Of a DNA stretch of 64,000 bases, positions 9,585 through 20,938 are shown piece by piece. The notes beneath the pieces are model-generated. The model did not search any database. It was not told where the DNA came from and saw only the letters and a list, made by a program, of their open reading frames with translations. The translations under genes and the position numbers were made by a program. Source of the stretch: a virus; the IMG/VR virus record IMGVR_UViG_3300043539_000496, positions 3,601 through 67,600 of that record. One strand, written 5' to 3'. Position 1 is the first letter of the stretch. Every line of letters starts with the position of its first letter.

Positions 9585-12500
9585 TTATTTCCAGAATGGA
9601 TTATTTGGAGTTATACCAAGATTTTTATGTGTTTTATCTACTAACTCAGGATTGTTTATATTACGAAAATGTTTATACATTTCATTATTTAACATATCTT
9701 GTTTAGCAAGAAGTGAATGTGCTTCTACTTCTATATCTTCAATACCTTTACCAGCTCTTCCTCCAGGTTTTCTATGTACTAATTCAACAACACTACCATC
9801 TACATCTAAGATATTTGTTCTTATAATTGCTTCATAATCAATACCTGGAACTCCTGATACTTTATTTATTGTGTAACTTCCTGCATTATGTGGATGAGTA
9901 TAATTAATAGGTTTGTTATTTAATATAATTTCTGTAGCTGTAGGAGTTGATGTATTCCAAAGTTTATGTGTCCAATAATCATGTGGGGCTATTGCAGTAA
10001 TACCATTTTGTACTATACCATCTATAGTTTGTTTAAGTTGTTGTTCAGTAAAGTCTGCACCTTTTAAAGATTTAACTACCTCTTCTACTACTGACCTAGG
10101 GACATCAAATGTAGTAGATCCAAGTTTACTATTTTCTCTAGAAACTCTGGACGTTGATAATGTAAAGTCTCCTAGTTTTGGATCACCCATTCTATTATAC
10201 AATGTTCTTAGAATTGTTTTTGCTAAGTCATCATCTAAACCATCATCTTCTCCTTCTGCTGGTAAATTATTACTAAGTGCAAAATTATAATCTGCACCTG
10301 TAGGAAGTGCTAATGCATCTTGTATAGCTTGAGCTGCTGCTTGGAAACCAAAGTCTCCTGCATAATCAGAATCTACTTTTACAGTCTGAGTATCAGATGA
10401 TAAAGATACCATGTCATCTCCTCTTGATACTGTTTGTACAAAAGATTGTAATGCTTTGTCAGGATTCTTATCTGTTACAAGTTCAATATATGGTTTATTT
10501 AAAATGTCAGTAATCCATGAAGCAGCAACATTTTCTCTATTACCTGTTGCAGCATCATAGATTGATTCTGCTGTATATACAATTGGAGTATATTCCCACC
10601 AACTTCTATCTCTTCCTGATTTAGTATCTTTTACAAATGATGCACCCAATTCATTGTTGATCATTTTATCAAGATTTTCTGCATTGTTTCTTATTGCTTC
10701 CCAGTTGTAACCACTTGCAACATATTCACCCATTATTTTTTGTAATGCATTATTTACTTGTTGATCACTTACTTTATGTCCTTGTTCTCTAAGTTTATTT
10801 GCACTAAATGTAAGTTCTTCTTTAAATTTAGTTTGAAGTTTTTTAGCATTGTTTGCTTGAGTAATTGCTAATCCTTCATCATGTCTACCAAGTATTTCTA
10901 ATTCAAAAATACTTTTATCATTAGCATATTCTTGCATTAAAGTATTTCCATTATGGCTTATAGCATAATCTTTCATTATAGTATTTAAATGATAAACATT
11001 TCCATACTTAGTTAAATTTGTTACAAATTTGTCTTTATCACCTTTATCATATTCATTATAAATTTGATTCCAAATTTTTGTAGCATTAGCTAAATTTTTA
11101 TTACTTGGACTCTTAACATAGTCATTTATTATTTTATCTACTTCAGGATCATTTGATCTAAATTGATTAAGTACTTGTCCTAATTGACCACCGTTGAATT
11201 GACCAGTTTTAACTAACTCATTAATATAAGTCATCATTGATTGTACACCAGGTCCAGCTTTTTTATTTATAACTTCATCACGTACTTGACTATTCATCAC
11301 ATCAAATTGAGTTTTATCTCCTCCACTTTGACCAGATTGTTTTGATTTACCTTGGAATATTAACTCATATAATGATTCTTGAGGATTAAGTTCAATACTA
11401 CCATCTGCTTTGTAGTATGCACGTCCTGCAGTTACCATTGCTTTTTGGTAATCACTTATACGTTTAAGTTTTTCAGCCTGTTCATTTTCTTTAAGTCTCA
11501 TTTGATGACCAGTATGAAGTCTTTGATTTGCTTGTGCTTCCCTAAATTGTGCTATAGCAACGGCATCAGGTTTATATTCAACTTCATAGTTACTGTATGC
11601 ATAAGAACCTGCTGCCTCATTTATTTTTACACCTGCTTTATATGATGCAAATCCTGCATCAACTTTTAATCTAGCAAGTTCAATATTACCAAATAATTCA
11701 TCTTTATTAACCGGAGATGATGTAGTACCATTAACTTGATCACTTACTTCTGAAGTATATCTTTCTACCTCAGATACTATTCCCATTGCTTCTTCTAATT
11801 CTTGTTGATAGCTTTTTTGTAAAGGATTAACTTTTCCTCTAGCAATATTAGATTGTAAATTTGAATTTAAATTTTGAACAGTAGTAAGATTATCTTTTGC
11901 ATCTACATCAGCTTTTTTAGTAATATTTTTTAACCAATCATATTTTGCTTTAATGTATTCTTTTTCAGCTTCTAATTTACTTCCCCCAAATTTGTCTGCA
12001 TTCTGAGTTGCATAATCCATCCTCTCTACAAATGCTTCTTCTTTATACATGTTTTGTATGTCAGGTCTATTTCCATATTGTGCCCAAAAAATTTGTTGAA
12101 GACCAGGAAGTAATTGTTCACCATTCTTTTTCCTTATCATGTACATTCCACTAGGAGTTTGTGTTACCATCCCAATGTCATACTTTTTAGCAAAGTCCAT
12201 GTACTCTTTTACATCATCAACTTTATTTACATACTGAGCATCTCCAAAACTTAATGTTTCATCAAGAGTAGCATCTTTAAACATTTGTCTTCTATATTCT
12301 AAACCTTTCATACCAACATCCCAATATTTTGAAGACTGTTTAGGATCAGCAGAATTTGATAAAGCTTGTGCAGTAGTGTAAGTATTTTTAAAATTCTTTG
12401 TCCATGCCATATCTTTAATAAGATACTTATCTTCATAGAATGGTCTAAATACTTGTAGTGCTTGATTTACATTCTGCTCTAGGGAAAGATCAAGTCCGGA

Positions 12501-12734
12501 AACTCTTTTAAGATTGAAGTCAATCTGTCTTAATAATTCATCTTTCTTTTTTATATTTTGATCATGAGTAAGGTCTGCACCATACAATTGACCATATAAA
12601 TTATTTAACTGATTCCAGTTAGTATCATACTGAGTCTGCTTAGTCTGCATTAAATTTGCATAGAAATTTAAGTCAGGTTGAAACGGCTGATAATCTGGTA
12701 TATAATCTGTGACTCCTTGTAAATACGTTGCCAT
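9585..12734 (-). CDS. Putative virion cargo/ejection protein (1049 aa)
   Basis: Long ORF with Q/N/Y-rich N-terminus (YQPFQPDLNFY); position within the cargo block. Confidence 0.55.
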   Translation of the reverse strand: MATYLQGVTDYIPDYQPFQPDLNFYANLMQTKQTQYDTNWNQLNNLYGQLYGADLTHDQNIKKKDELLRQIDFNLKRVSGLDLSLEQNVNQALQVFRPFYEDKYLIKDMAWTKNFKNTYTTAQALSNSADPKQSSKYWDVGMKGLEYRRQMFKDATLDETLSFGDAQYVNKVDDVKEYMDFAKKYDIGMVTQTPSGMYMIRKKNGEQLLPGLQQIFWAQYGNRPDIQNMYKEEAFVERMDYATQNADKFGGSKLEAEKEYIKAKYDWLKNITKKADVDAKDNLTTVQNLNSNLQSNIARGKVNPLQKSYQQELEEAMGIVSEVERYTSEVSDQVNGTTSSPVNKDELFGNIELARLKVDAGFASYKAGVKINEAAGSYAYSNYEVEYKPDAVAIAQFREAQANQRLHTGHQMRLKENEQAEKLKRISDYQKAMVTAGRAYYKADGSIELNPQESLYELIFQGKSKQSGQSGGDKTQFDVMNSQVRDEVINKKAGPGVQSMMTYINELVKTGQFNGGQLGQVLNQFRSNDPEVDKIINDYVKSPSNKNLANATKIWNQIYNEYDKGDKDKFVTNLTKYGNVYHLNTIMKDYAISHNGNTLMQEYANDKSIFELEILGRHDEGLAITQANNAKKLQTKFKEELTFSANKLREQGHKVSDQQVNNALQKIMGEYVASGYNWEAIRNNAENLDKMINNELGASFVKDTKSGRDRSWWEYTPIVYTAESIYDAATGNRENVAASWITDILNKPYIELVTDKNPDKALQSFVQTVSRGDDMVSLSSDTQTVKVDSDYAGDFGFQAAAQAIQDALALPTGADYNFALSNNLPAEGEDDGLDDDLAKTILRTLYNRMGDPKLGDFTLSTSRVSRENSKLGSTTFDVPRSVVEEVVKSLKGADFTEQQLKQTIDGIVQNGITAIAPHDYWTHKLWNTSTPTATEIILNNKPINYTHPHNAGSYTINKVSGVPGIDYEAIIRTNILDVDGSVVELVHRKPGGRAGKGIEDIEVEAHSLLAKQDMLNNEMYKHFRNINNPELVDKTHKNLGITPNNPFWK

Positions 12735-12790
12735 AATCTATCTTTGTGTAAAACTATTAAAATTTTTTAAGTTTAATAAACATATTAAGT

Positions 12791-15700
12791 TTACAGTATA
12801 AAAGGGTTAATATAAATATATCCTGAAGGATTTACATTACCACCTTTCTTTTTAGTTCTTGTTTGACTTCCATACATTCCCATTCCAATATTTGCATTAG
12901 CTCCTGTGCTAGCAGTAGAACCTGCAGCAGCTGCTTTCTTAGCTTCTATACATGATTTTATAATTGCACTGTCTGCATTTGGATTAGCTTGAGTACATTC
13001 ATTTTTTGCTTTCTGCCAGTCAAATCCAGTACCACCACTACCTTGTCCTGTAAACTTTCTATTACCTGGTTGATAGAACATTCTACCACCTACTCCAGGA
13101 GAAACAGCATAGTTAGGATACATTTGGTTTAATGCATCTGTCTGCCATCTATTAGTAATAGCATTGGTATAATAGTTTCTTAAGTTGTTTCTCATTGCTA
13201 ATTTAGAATTATCAAACTGTTGGTTAGCAATAGTATTCTGATCATATAATTTTTGAGCAGATGCTTGTTTCAACATTGATTCTTGGTTAGCTATGTCAGT
13301 ACCTTTAAGTTCAAATTGATTTGCTATGTTAACATTAGCATTGTTGTACTTAGAAAGTATATCTGCAGCATTCTTAGCAGCTTGACCTTGTACACTAGAT
13401 GATCTTGCAGACAATGCTTGAGGTCCTGCAAACTGTGCCATACCTTGGGTTTGGATGTTTGCTTGTTCTGCATTAGCAGCAAGTTCTCTAGTAGGATCTA
13501 AGAATGTAGGTCTTGGTTGTTGTAGTTCAACTCCCGGTGCCCACGGCATATATTTCTTAATACCCATTAAGTCTCCAAATGCACCTGTAGTTTTAATAGT
13601 ATCTTGTAACCACCATTCAGCAGGAGGTCCTGGTACATCTACATCTACCTCAGTTTCACAAGGAGGACAGTTACCATTTGCATCTGGTGTTAAAGGAATT
13701 TTATTACCTTGAGTATCAAAACATGGACAAGGATCTTCTTCTGGTTTTGGACAAAGTGCAGGATCACATTTTCCTTGTGGATCTGCTGCACCATAGTTAG
13801 GACCTTTAGGATCAGTACATTGACATATTGTTTTAGGATCATCAAAAGTCATAGTTCTAATCCCAACACCTGGTACATGACCTATTGTTGAATTACCATG
13901 AGATGGTCTAGTTAGATCTCCAAAGTCATCAACTGGAGATATTCTAATTCCTTTGTTACTGGTATATATAGCAGACATTGATGATTCATCATCAACACCT
14001 CTTTGAAGATTACCGTATAAATTTCTTAATGCATATTGTGTATCAGGATCAAGTTTATCATAATCTTCAATAGTTCTTGCATAACCATGAAATGTTGCTT
14101 GTTGTAGTGCTCTTGTACTAGCATCATTTTCAAGTGGTTCTCCAATACCAGCAGATAGTTGTGTTACTGATAATTTTGGATCTGTAGCATCATCAACACC
14201 ACCATAAGTTTTTGCAAGATATCTTTTTGCTGCAAGAAAATCTGCTTCAGTTTTTATAGGTTGACCTGTTCCAGGATTTTTAATTACAATACCTTTATCT
14301 AGTGCAGCTTTGACACCACTCCAACTTCTAAATTCTCTTCCCCCATCACTAAATAATTCAGGATTAATTCCACGTCCTTGAATTTTAAGATTTCTTTCTT
14401 CATGCTGTAAAAATTGTTTTAATACTGTTGCTTTATCTGGTAAAGCATACCCTCTTTCTTCCCAAGTTGAACCTTGAACACCATGTTTATTTACATAAGA
14501 TCTTGTATCTTTTAATGCTTCTATTGTTTTATTATATATAGCATCTGCAACTTTTTCATCTTTTAAGTTTTGTTCTAATAAATAATATTGTGCAGCTGCA
14601 AATTTAGCATCATCACTATTAGAACCACCCCAATCATTTAAATCCATACCACCGGTGTCACTAGGTGCTACAGGATCAAATCCTTTAAGAGTTCTTGACT
14701 GACCTGATGCATCTATTACAGTAATAGGATCTGTAGTTTTATTTATTTGTTTATTTCTATATGCAGTATACACAGCTCTTTCATAATCTGCATCAGAAGC
14801 GTAGTCAGATCTTTTTATTATTATACCATTATTTGCTTTAGGTAGTGGAAACATTGGTCCTGATCCAGGAATAGGTTTTGGTCTACCTTGATAATTCTGA
14901 GACATACCAGATCCCATAGCCATACCATACTCTGCTTCAGGAATATCTTCTTCATCATAGTCTGGTTCATCATAAAACGGCATATCATAACCACCCATAG
15001 ACATACCATACATAGCCATAGGAGCTTGTTGTTGCATCTGTTGTTGCATCATCATGTCCTCTTCAGACATTTGTGGTTCTTCTTGACCACCTTCTAACTC
15101 TTGTATAGTTTGTTGTATAAGACCAACTGCTTCTTCTTGTGAAGCACCTAACTGCATAAATACTTCTACTATAGCTTCAGGAGGAAGTTGATTTTCTAAA
15201 AGACTTGCAACTATTTCTTGAGGATCTACACCTTGTTCTAGTGCAGCACTAACTTCTTGAACAATTTGCATCATGTCATCACCACCTTCTTCTTGTGGTT
15301 GCTCCATCATTTGTTGTTCCATACCTTCTTCTGCTCTTCTCAATCTCCTCATACCACCACCATACATCATCATTTCTTCTGGAGATGGTTGCTGCATTTG
15401 TTGTTCTTCAGGTTGTGCAACAGGTTGACCTTGATTCATTTGTTCTGCTGCAGCAATTTGATCTTCTGATTGCATTGTTTCTTCAGAACTCTTTTGTTGA
15501 GCATACTTAGACTCTAGTTGTTCTGTAAGTTGTTTAATCTCTTGTTTAGGTAATACTTGTTCATCAGTAATACCTTTTGCTTGCATACAAGGTCTAGCAA
15601 CAGCAGGAATACCTTGAGGGAATCCTTTCTTTGCTTCTTGTGCAAGTGCAAGACATCCAAGTTTAACAACAAACTTTTTAATCATTAACTCAGCTGTTGT

Positions 15701-16171
15701 TCTATCTAATTTATCTGAGTTAGGATCTTCTAGAATTTTTCTATATTTCTGTATGTCATATTGTTTAGCAAGTTCTGCAGGAGTATATGCTTTACTAGTT
15801 CCTGCTTTACCAAACATTTCAAGTATCTCAGGATCTTTAATTCTCATACCTCTAGTATCACTAAAGATAAAAGTATCATCAGGAAGATTTAAAGGTACAC
15901 CACCTGCATGGTGTCTTGGTCCTTTAATAATTTTGTGTTCTGGAAATCCATCACCATTGATATCACCATATACTGTTTCACCTCCTTCTGCCTCTAGATT
16001 TGCTTCTTCTCTAGGGACAGCGGTGATATATTTACTTTCCTTAAGTTTTGGTGCACCAATATATGCATTATAATCCCTACCTCCCATTGCAGGTACATCA
16101 TTAACTAATGCTCCTTGAACTTGATATCCAGTTCTTGCTGTTGGTAATTTTTTTATTTTAACTTTTATCAT
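12791..16171 (-). CDS. Putative virion cargo protein (1126 aa), modular
   Basis: N-terminal ANLEAEGGETV...GPRHHAGGV...FIFSD motif resembling phage ejection/cargo proteins; Q/M/E-rich linker; Cys-Pro cluster; A/N/Q-rich helical C-terminus. Confidence 0.6.
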   Translation of the reverse strand: MIKVKIKKLPTARTGYQVQGALVNDVPAMGGRDYNAYIGAPKLKESKYITAVPREEANLEAEGGETVYGDINGDGFPEHKIIKGPRHHAGGVPLNLPDDTFIFSDTRGMRIKDPEILEMFGKAGTSKAYTPAELAKQYDIQKYRKILEDPNSDKLDRTTAELMIKKFVVKLGCLALAQEAKKGFPQGIPAVARPCMQAKGITDEQVLPKQEIKQLTEQLESKYAQQKSSEETMQSEDQIAAAEQMNQGQPVAQPEEQQMQQPSPEEMMMYGGGMRRLRRAEEGMEQQMMEQPQEEGGDDMMQIVQEVSAALEQGVDPQEIVASLLENQLPPEAIVEVFMQLGASQEEAVGLIQQTIQELEGGQEEPQMSEEDMMMQQQMQQQAPMAMYGMSMGGYDMPFYDEPDYDEEDIPEAEYGMAMGSGMSQNYQGRPKPIPGSGPMFPLPKANNGIIIKRSDYASDADYERAVYTAYRNKQINKTTDPITVIDASGQSRTLKGFDPVAPSDTGGMDLNDWGGSNSDDAKFAAAQYYLLEQNLKDEKVADAIYNKTIEALKDTRSYVNKHGVQGSTWEERGYALPDKATVLKQFLQHEERNLKIQGRGINPELFSDGGREFRSWSGVKAALDKGIVIKNPGTGQPIKTEADFLAAKRYLAKTYGGVDDATDPKLSVTQLSAGIGEPLENDASTRALQQATFHGYARTIEDYDKLDPDTQYALRNLYGNLQRGVDDESSMSAIYTSNKGIRISPVDDFGDLTRPSHGNSTIGHVPGVGIRTMTFDDPKTICQCTDPKGPNYGAADPQGKCDPALCPKPEEDPCPCFDTQGNKIPLTPDANGNCPPCETEVDVDVPGPPAEWWLQDTIKTTGAFGDLMGIKKYMPWAPGVELQQPRPTFLDPTRELAANAEQANIQTQGMAQFAGPQALSARSSSVQGQAAKNAADILSKYNNANVNIANQFELKGTDIANQESMLKQASAQKLYDQNTIANQQFDNSKLAMRNNLRNYYTNAITNRWQTDALNQMYPNYAVSPGVGGRMFYQPGNRKFTGQGSGGTGFDWQKAKNECTQANPNADSAIIKSCIEAKKAAAAGSTASTGANANIGMGMYGSQTRTKKKGGNVNPSGYIYINPFIL

Positions 16172-16181
16172 TTTAGATATA

Positions 16182-16931
16182 TTAAATATAATCTACTTCT
16201 CCTCCTGCTTTTAAAAATGCTTCTAATTCTGGAATTGACATTGTAACTTCATCTCCTATGTTATAACTATTTACACCACCATCTTGTAAAAATCCTCCAA
16301 GTTGTGCACTGTTACCACCAAAGTCACCATAAGTAGAATAACTATTTCTATCAGATCCCATCTCATCAAAATTCTGTAATCCTGCTTTATGACCAAAGTC
16401 TGTCCATGCACCTCTATATTTATTATATTGAGTAGCAACAAAGTTTGCAGGATTAACAGTATTTAAAATCATTGCTTTTTCTCTCCCTCTATTTTGAAAA
16501 TTAGTTATTGCTCCTAACACACCTTTAGTAGCAGCATTAAATTTGTTTACCCCTTTTTCAAAATTTGTGTTTCTCATTTTTCTACTTTCAACAGCTACTA
16601 AATTAGATATTTTATTAGGTGCCTTTTCTTGTTCTAATAATTTAGGTTTTAAAGTAGGCATTTTATCTGGTGTATCTAAATTAAAAGGTACAATAGAACT
16701 AGAAGGTGCTGTATTACTATTGTAATCCATTATATTACGTACATGTTTATTGTAAGGATTTACAGAATTACTTTGAATATTATCAGGTACACCATTTTTA
16801 TCTGCATCATAAGGATCATTGATATTTCCTAAGTTCATATCAAAATTAAAATTTCCATCAGGAAAGTCCCATGAACCAGAATCATTAGCTCCACCAGGTA
16901 AAAATCTTCTTAATTGTTTTTTACTATACAT
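16182..16931 (-). CDS. Hypothetical virion-associated protein (249 aa)
   Basis: Tightly packed ORF; carries the LRRFLPGG tag and a C-terminal module related to those of neighbouring genes. Confidence 0.6.
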   Translation of the reverse strand: MYSKKQLRRFLPGGANDSGSWDFPDGNFNFDMNLGNINDPYDADKNGVPDNIQSNSVNPYNKHVRNIMDYNSNTAPSSSIVPFNLDTPDKMPTLKPKLLEQEKAPNKISNLVAVESRKMRNTNFEKGVNKFNAATKGVLGAITNFQNRGREKAMILNTVNPANFVATQYNKYRGAWTDFGHKAGLQNFDEMGSDRNSYSTYGDFGGNSAQLGGFLQDGGVNSYNIGDEVTMSIPELEAFLKAGGEVDYI

Positions 16932-16932
16932 A

Positions 16933-19900
16933 CTATTTCTTTTTAGTAAATGGTTTAATTATTTTTTTACCTAAACTTTTATAATAATCTATTGGTGCTC
17001 CAAATGCTTGATCAAATCCTTGATTCAATCTATACTTCATTGCAGCTGAACTAAATTTAACTTCTTTAGGTCCTGACTTCTTTTTTTCTTTTCTTTCTTG
17101 TTTTTTGTCAGAATCATTAGATTTATTTTCTGAAGTTGACTTACGACCTCTTCTACCACCATAGTAAGAATCAATTATTGTTTGTAGTTCTTCTTTTCCA
17201 TAAGATTTATTTGGATCATAAATTCTCAATGTAGGTGAAAACCAATTCTTTTTAAATTTAGCAACAGGTTTTCCTAAAGCAGTCAAATCTCCCATGTAAG
17301 GCATACCTGTATTTAAACCATAGGCTCTCAAGACTCTTTCATCCATAGATCTACCATTCCATAATCCTAATGTATTTAATAATCCTGGAGCCGATCTTAC
17401 CAGTCTTGGATTATATCTTATACTTGCAACAGGAACACATCTATTTAATTGTGCATTCCATATTGTACCAGGACCACATTCATTAGTTGTATTAGTATTA
17501 AGATTAAGATTTTGATTTGGATCATCTTGGGGTATGTCACGAGATTCTAAATACTGATTGTATAATTTAAATCTATTTACATCATTTGCTGATATTAAAA
17601 AATCTTGTATCCAATCATTATAATCTTGCTCTTCTTGTGGATCAGAACTAAATTGATGCATCATTTGCTGATCTTCTGGAAGACGTGGATCATAAGGAGT
17701 TGGATCATTAGTTTCATATGCTCCTGGCCAATTATCTGGACTTGTGTAGTCATCTAACCACTCTTCATAATTCATATATGGTACTTGTGGTTTATATTTT
17801 TCATTTAATTTTTTTATGTCTTCCGGAGTAAAAAAACCATATTTTGGAAAATTACCATTTTTTGCTTCAGGTAATGGATTATTTGATTCATAATAATCTT
17901 CATCACCACCATAAATAAATCTTGTAAGTGGATTTTCTACATCCATATTTACATAACCACCCATTTCACCAAACTGAGGTTGTTGCATCATTTGATTATC
18001 TTGAGGTTGTTCTTGTTTATTATCACCTATAAAGATATTCATAAGCTGAGGATCACCAGATTCTTGAACAAGTTTATACAAATCTTCTGTAGCTCTTTTA
18101 TCAGATTGCTGTTTAAGAGTACTGATAAAATTACTATATCTTTTAGAAACTTGACCATCATCCATCCTACTACCTTTTCCTAATGAAGTATCTTGTGCTT
18201 CTCCACCAGGTTCAAACATTTGTTGGACTCTTTTAATAAACTTCTTTTTATGAGCCCCACCATGTTTTTGTCCAGGTAAATCTCCAAACATACGACCATA
18301 ACCTTTATCATGTATAGTATCTCCACTAGGAGAAACATACATAGAGTCATCATATTTATTTTCTCTCCTTAAAGGAATATCAATCCCAAAACCTAATGTA
18401 TCAAATGATCTACCTGCTCCAAATTTATTCCATGTAGTATCTGCAGATGGTGTACGATTTTGAATCATACTTTTATCTCTCATAACATTATCTCCTGGAT
18501 CTTGATATAAATTATATCCTATAAGACCAGCACCTGTTAAAAATCCTGCTGTTCCTAAAAAGTTTCTACCAGTACGGAAGTTACGATCTTTAAGTAATTG
18601 ATAGTCTGCATACTGTGCACCAAATGGTTGATCTCCAAATGTCATTCCTCCTGGTACTTGTTCAGGTCCTATTTCTCTTTGTCTTCCTAAGAAATCTGCA
18701 GTAACCTTATCAGCATTAGGATAAAATTTACTTCTTGCTGCAAATCCAGGATATATAAAAGGATAGAAAGGAGTCATTAAAGACCCCCTACCTAAAGTAT
18801 TCCAATAGATTCTAGCTAAAGACATAGGATCTTTCTTTAACGGTTCTTCAGAAATTACAGTAGGATACTTTTCTAATTTTAAATTAGGGTACTTTTTAGT
18901 AAAAGGAAAGGCAAATGGTTGATTATACCAATTTAACTGATTACCAGTATAGTAACTTTTTTTAATTTGTTCTAATGGCATTCCTGTTGATACATCAAGT
19001 ATCTGTTTATTTTGTGGATCTATGTAAAACTCATCTTTTATTACTACAGCATCTTTATCATAACCTTTTAATTTAGTTTTAACATCAGTTACAATAGATG
19101 CTTTTATAAAACCAGAAGCATCTTTTTCTAATTTTATTCTAGTATTATTATCTTTAGTATGTAAACTTAAAAAGTTTAATTCTGGAATTTTAGATGCAGG
19201 TAATGCTAATTCAATAGGTTTTTTACTTTTACCAAAACCATAACTAGTTCCTACATTTAAAATTGCTTCTGATAATTCAGGTCCTATATTAAATGCTAAA
19301 CCAGAGTTATATGTACCATCTGTATTTTTCTTAAGAACTTGAGGTTCATACTCTGGATTCTTAATTAAATTCATTATATCAACAAGAGGCAGAGTGGATG
19401 TAGTAGATGGTGCTACTTTTTCTTTACCTTTTTTTGTCCAAGTTGTAAGATAATTTATTCCTTGACCCAGTGCTTCTACACCTGCACCCATCCATGATCT
19501 ATTACTTAATGGATTTTGTGTATAGTAAGCATTTTGTACTCTCTCTATAAAATTAGGATTTAATACAGATTGTTGTGCTTCTCTAACTACAGTAGGATTA
19601 AGATTCTCTGTTATCTTTGGAGTTGTTGGTTCTGTTTTATTTGTTTCTGTTGTAGTTGCAGCTGCTTTTTTTCTTTTACGTTTTCCTGGTCCTCCAGGTC
19701 CTCCATTTGCATACTGATCAAGTGCACCACCATACATTCCTTGTGACATAGGTAATAAGTCATCAGGAATAGAACCATCTGCTACACCTTGATAATCTTG
19801 TAAATACATATCTAAAGGAGCAAATCTAGATTTATCATATGGTGTAGTTCCAGGAGTTTGTAAGATCATGCTATCTAAATCTTGAGCAAACATTTCTTGA

Positions 19901-20880
19901 TCACTCAATTGACCAGGATTAACATACTGATTAACTACCATGTCTTCTGGAGATAGTGTACTTTCATATGAATTATAAAAATCCTCAGCTTCACCACCAT
20001 CATCAAAGTAACCACCATACTGCATCATCTGTTCTTGACCACCTTGTGATTGTTGTATAACAGATTGTATTATCTGTCCTACTTGTTCTTGAGACATTCC
20101 CAACTCAACAAATATTTGCATTATTGCTTCTGGTGGAATTTGACCTTGTAATAATTGTGTTATGATTTCTTCAGGTCTACCACCTTGTTGAAGTGCTTGA
20201 CCAACTTGTTGCATTATCTGTTGCATTTGATCTCCACCACCTTGTTGTTGTTGAGGTTGTTGTTGACCTTGTTGCATTCTCATCATCTCTTCTTCTGATG
20301 GTTGTTGCATTCCTTGTTGAGCTCGTTTAAGTTTCTTTGTATAAGGACCTCCATACTTACTTATTTCTTGTTGTTGTTCTTGTTCAACAGCTCTTGGTTC
20401 ATTCAAACGATTTAATGTACTTTCATCAGTTTCTTCATCTGCCATAGAGAGTGCTAGTTCTTCATCTTCACCTGGTGTACCTGATCCTTCATTTCCTGGT
20501 AATGCAATCGGTGCACTATTTTCATCTTCTCCTCCTAATGATTGATCTTGAGCTTGAGGTTGTTCTTCTTCAGAAGGTTCAGCATATCCACTTTGTTCTA
20601 ATTGAGTTTTAACAATGGCAATCATTTCTTTTGCCATCATAGGATCTATACCATAATTAGTAATCAATTTTGTTTCTACAAAGTTTTCATCAGCTCCATT
20701 TACAAGATCTGAATAAACATTACCAAGTACAACTTTTAATCTTTCTTCAGGATCATTATTAGGACCTACTTGCATTCCCATATTTGCTTTTACAAGACCA
20801 CCATATAGAAATTTTGCAGTTTTATTATAGTAACCTGGTTTCTCACCTGGAAGTGCTTTTCTTATTCTTACTGACTTCAT
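16933..20880 (-). CDS. Modular putative cargo protein (1315 aa)
   Basis: Long ORF; many xYGG/xxGG tags; Q-rich helical domain shared with 12791..16171; one TM-like segment (FLGTAGFLTGAGLIGY). Confidence 0.6.
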   Translation of the reverse strand: MKSVRIRKALPGEKPGYYNKTAKFLYGGLVKANMGMQVGPNNDPEERLKVVLGNVYSDLVNGADENFVETKLITNYGIDPMMAKEMIAIVKTQLEQSGYAEPSEEEQPQAQDQSLGGEDENSAPIALPGNEGSGTPGEDEELALSMADEETDESTLNRLNEPRAVEQEQQQEISKYGGPYTKKLKRAQQGMQQPSEEEMMRMQQGQQQPQQQQGGGDQMQQIMQQVGQALQQGGRPEEIITQLLQGQIPPEAIMQIFVELGMSQEQVGQIIQSVIQQSQGGQEQMMQYGGYFDDGGEAEDFYNSYESTLSPEDMVVNQYVNPGQLSDQEMFAQDLDSMILQTPGTTPYDKSRFAPLDMYLQDYQGVADGSIPDDLLPMSQGMYGGALDQYANGGPGGPGKRKRKKAAATTTETNKTEPTTPKITENLNPTVVREAQQSVLNPNFIERVQNAYYTQNPLSNRSWMGAGVEALGQGINYLTTWTKKGKEKVAPSTTSTLPLVDIMNLIKNPEYEPQVLKKNTDGTYNSGLAFNIGPELSEAILNVGTSYGFGKSKKPIELALPASKIPELNFLSLHTKDNNTRIKLEKDASGFIKASIVTDVKTKLKGYDKDAVVIKDEFYIDPQNKQILDVSTGMPLEQIKKSYYTGNQLNWYNQPFAFPFTKKYPNLKLEKYPTVISEEPLKKDPMSLARIYWNTLGRGSLMTPFYPFIYPGFAARSKFYPNADKVTADFLGRQREIGPEQVPGGMTFGDQPFGAQYADYQLLKDRNFRTGRNFLGTAGFLTGAGLIGYNLYQDPGDNVMRDKSMIQNRTPSADTTWNKFGAGRSFDTLGFGIDIPLRRENKYDDSMYVSPSGDTIHDKGYGRMFGDLPGQKHGGAHKKKFIKRVQQMFEPGGEAQDTSLGKGSRMDDGQVSKRYSNFISTLKQQSDKRATEDLYKLVQESGDPQLMNIFIGDNKQEQPQDNQMMQQPQFGEMGGYVNMDVENPLTRFIYGGDEDYYESNNPLPEAKNGNFPKYGFFTPEDIKKLNEKYKPQVPYMNYEEWLDDYTSPDNWPGAYETNDPTPYDPRLPEDQQMMHQFSSDPQEEQDYNDWIQDFLISANDVNRFKLYNQYLESRDIPQDDPNQNLNLNTNTTNECGPGTIWNAQLNRCVPVASIRYNPRLVRSAPGLLNTLGLWNGRSMDERVLRAYGLNTGMPYMGDLTALGKPVAKFKKNWFSPTLRIYDPNKSYGKEELQTIIDSYYGGRRGRKSTSENKSNDSDKKQERKEKKKSGPKEVKFSSAAMKYRLNQGFDQAFGAPIDYYKSLGKKIIKPFTKKK

Positions 20881-20898
20881 AATAACATGTTATATATA

Positions 20899-20910
20899 AA
20901 TATACTAAAA
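20899..20910 (-). promoter_or_regulatory. Conserved intergenic WGTATATT element, putative promoter
   Basis: TTTTAGTATATT on the minus strand upstream of ATG 20880; the same core occurs in five other intergenic gaps. Confidence 0.5.
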
Positions 20911-20938
20911 TTTAATTTAATCAATAAACTTATAAAGT

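Noticed and set aside
19621-19634. Partial match to the candidate sRNA seed inside 16933..20880
   Set aside because: It lies mid-CDS, encodes EPTT and is not near a start codon; likely chance
20225-20320. CAA-rich microsatellite-like runs (also about 56200-56270)
   Set aside because: They simply encode poly-Gln linkers within ORFs
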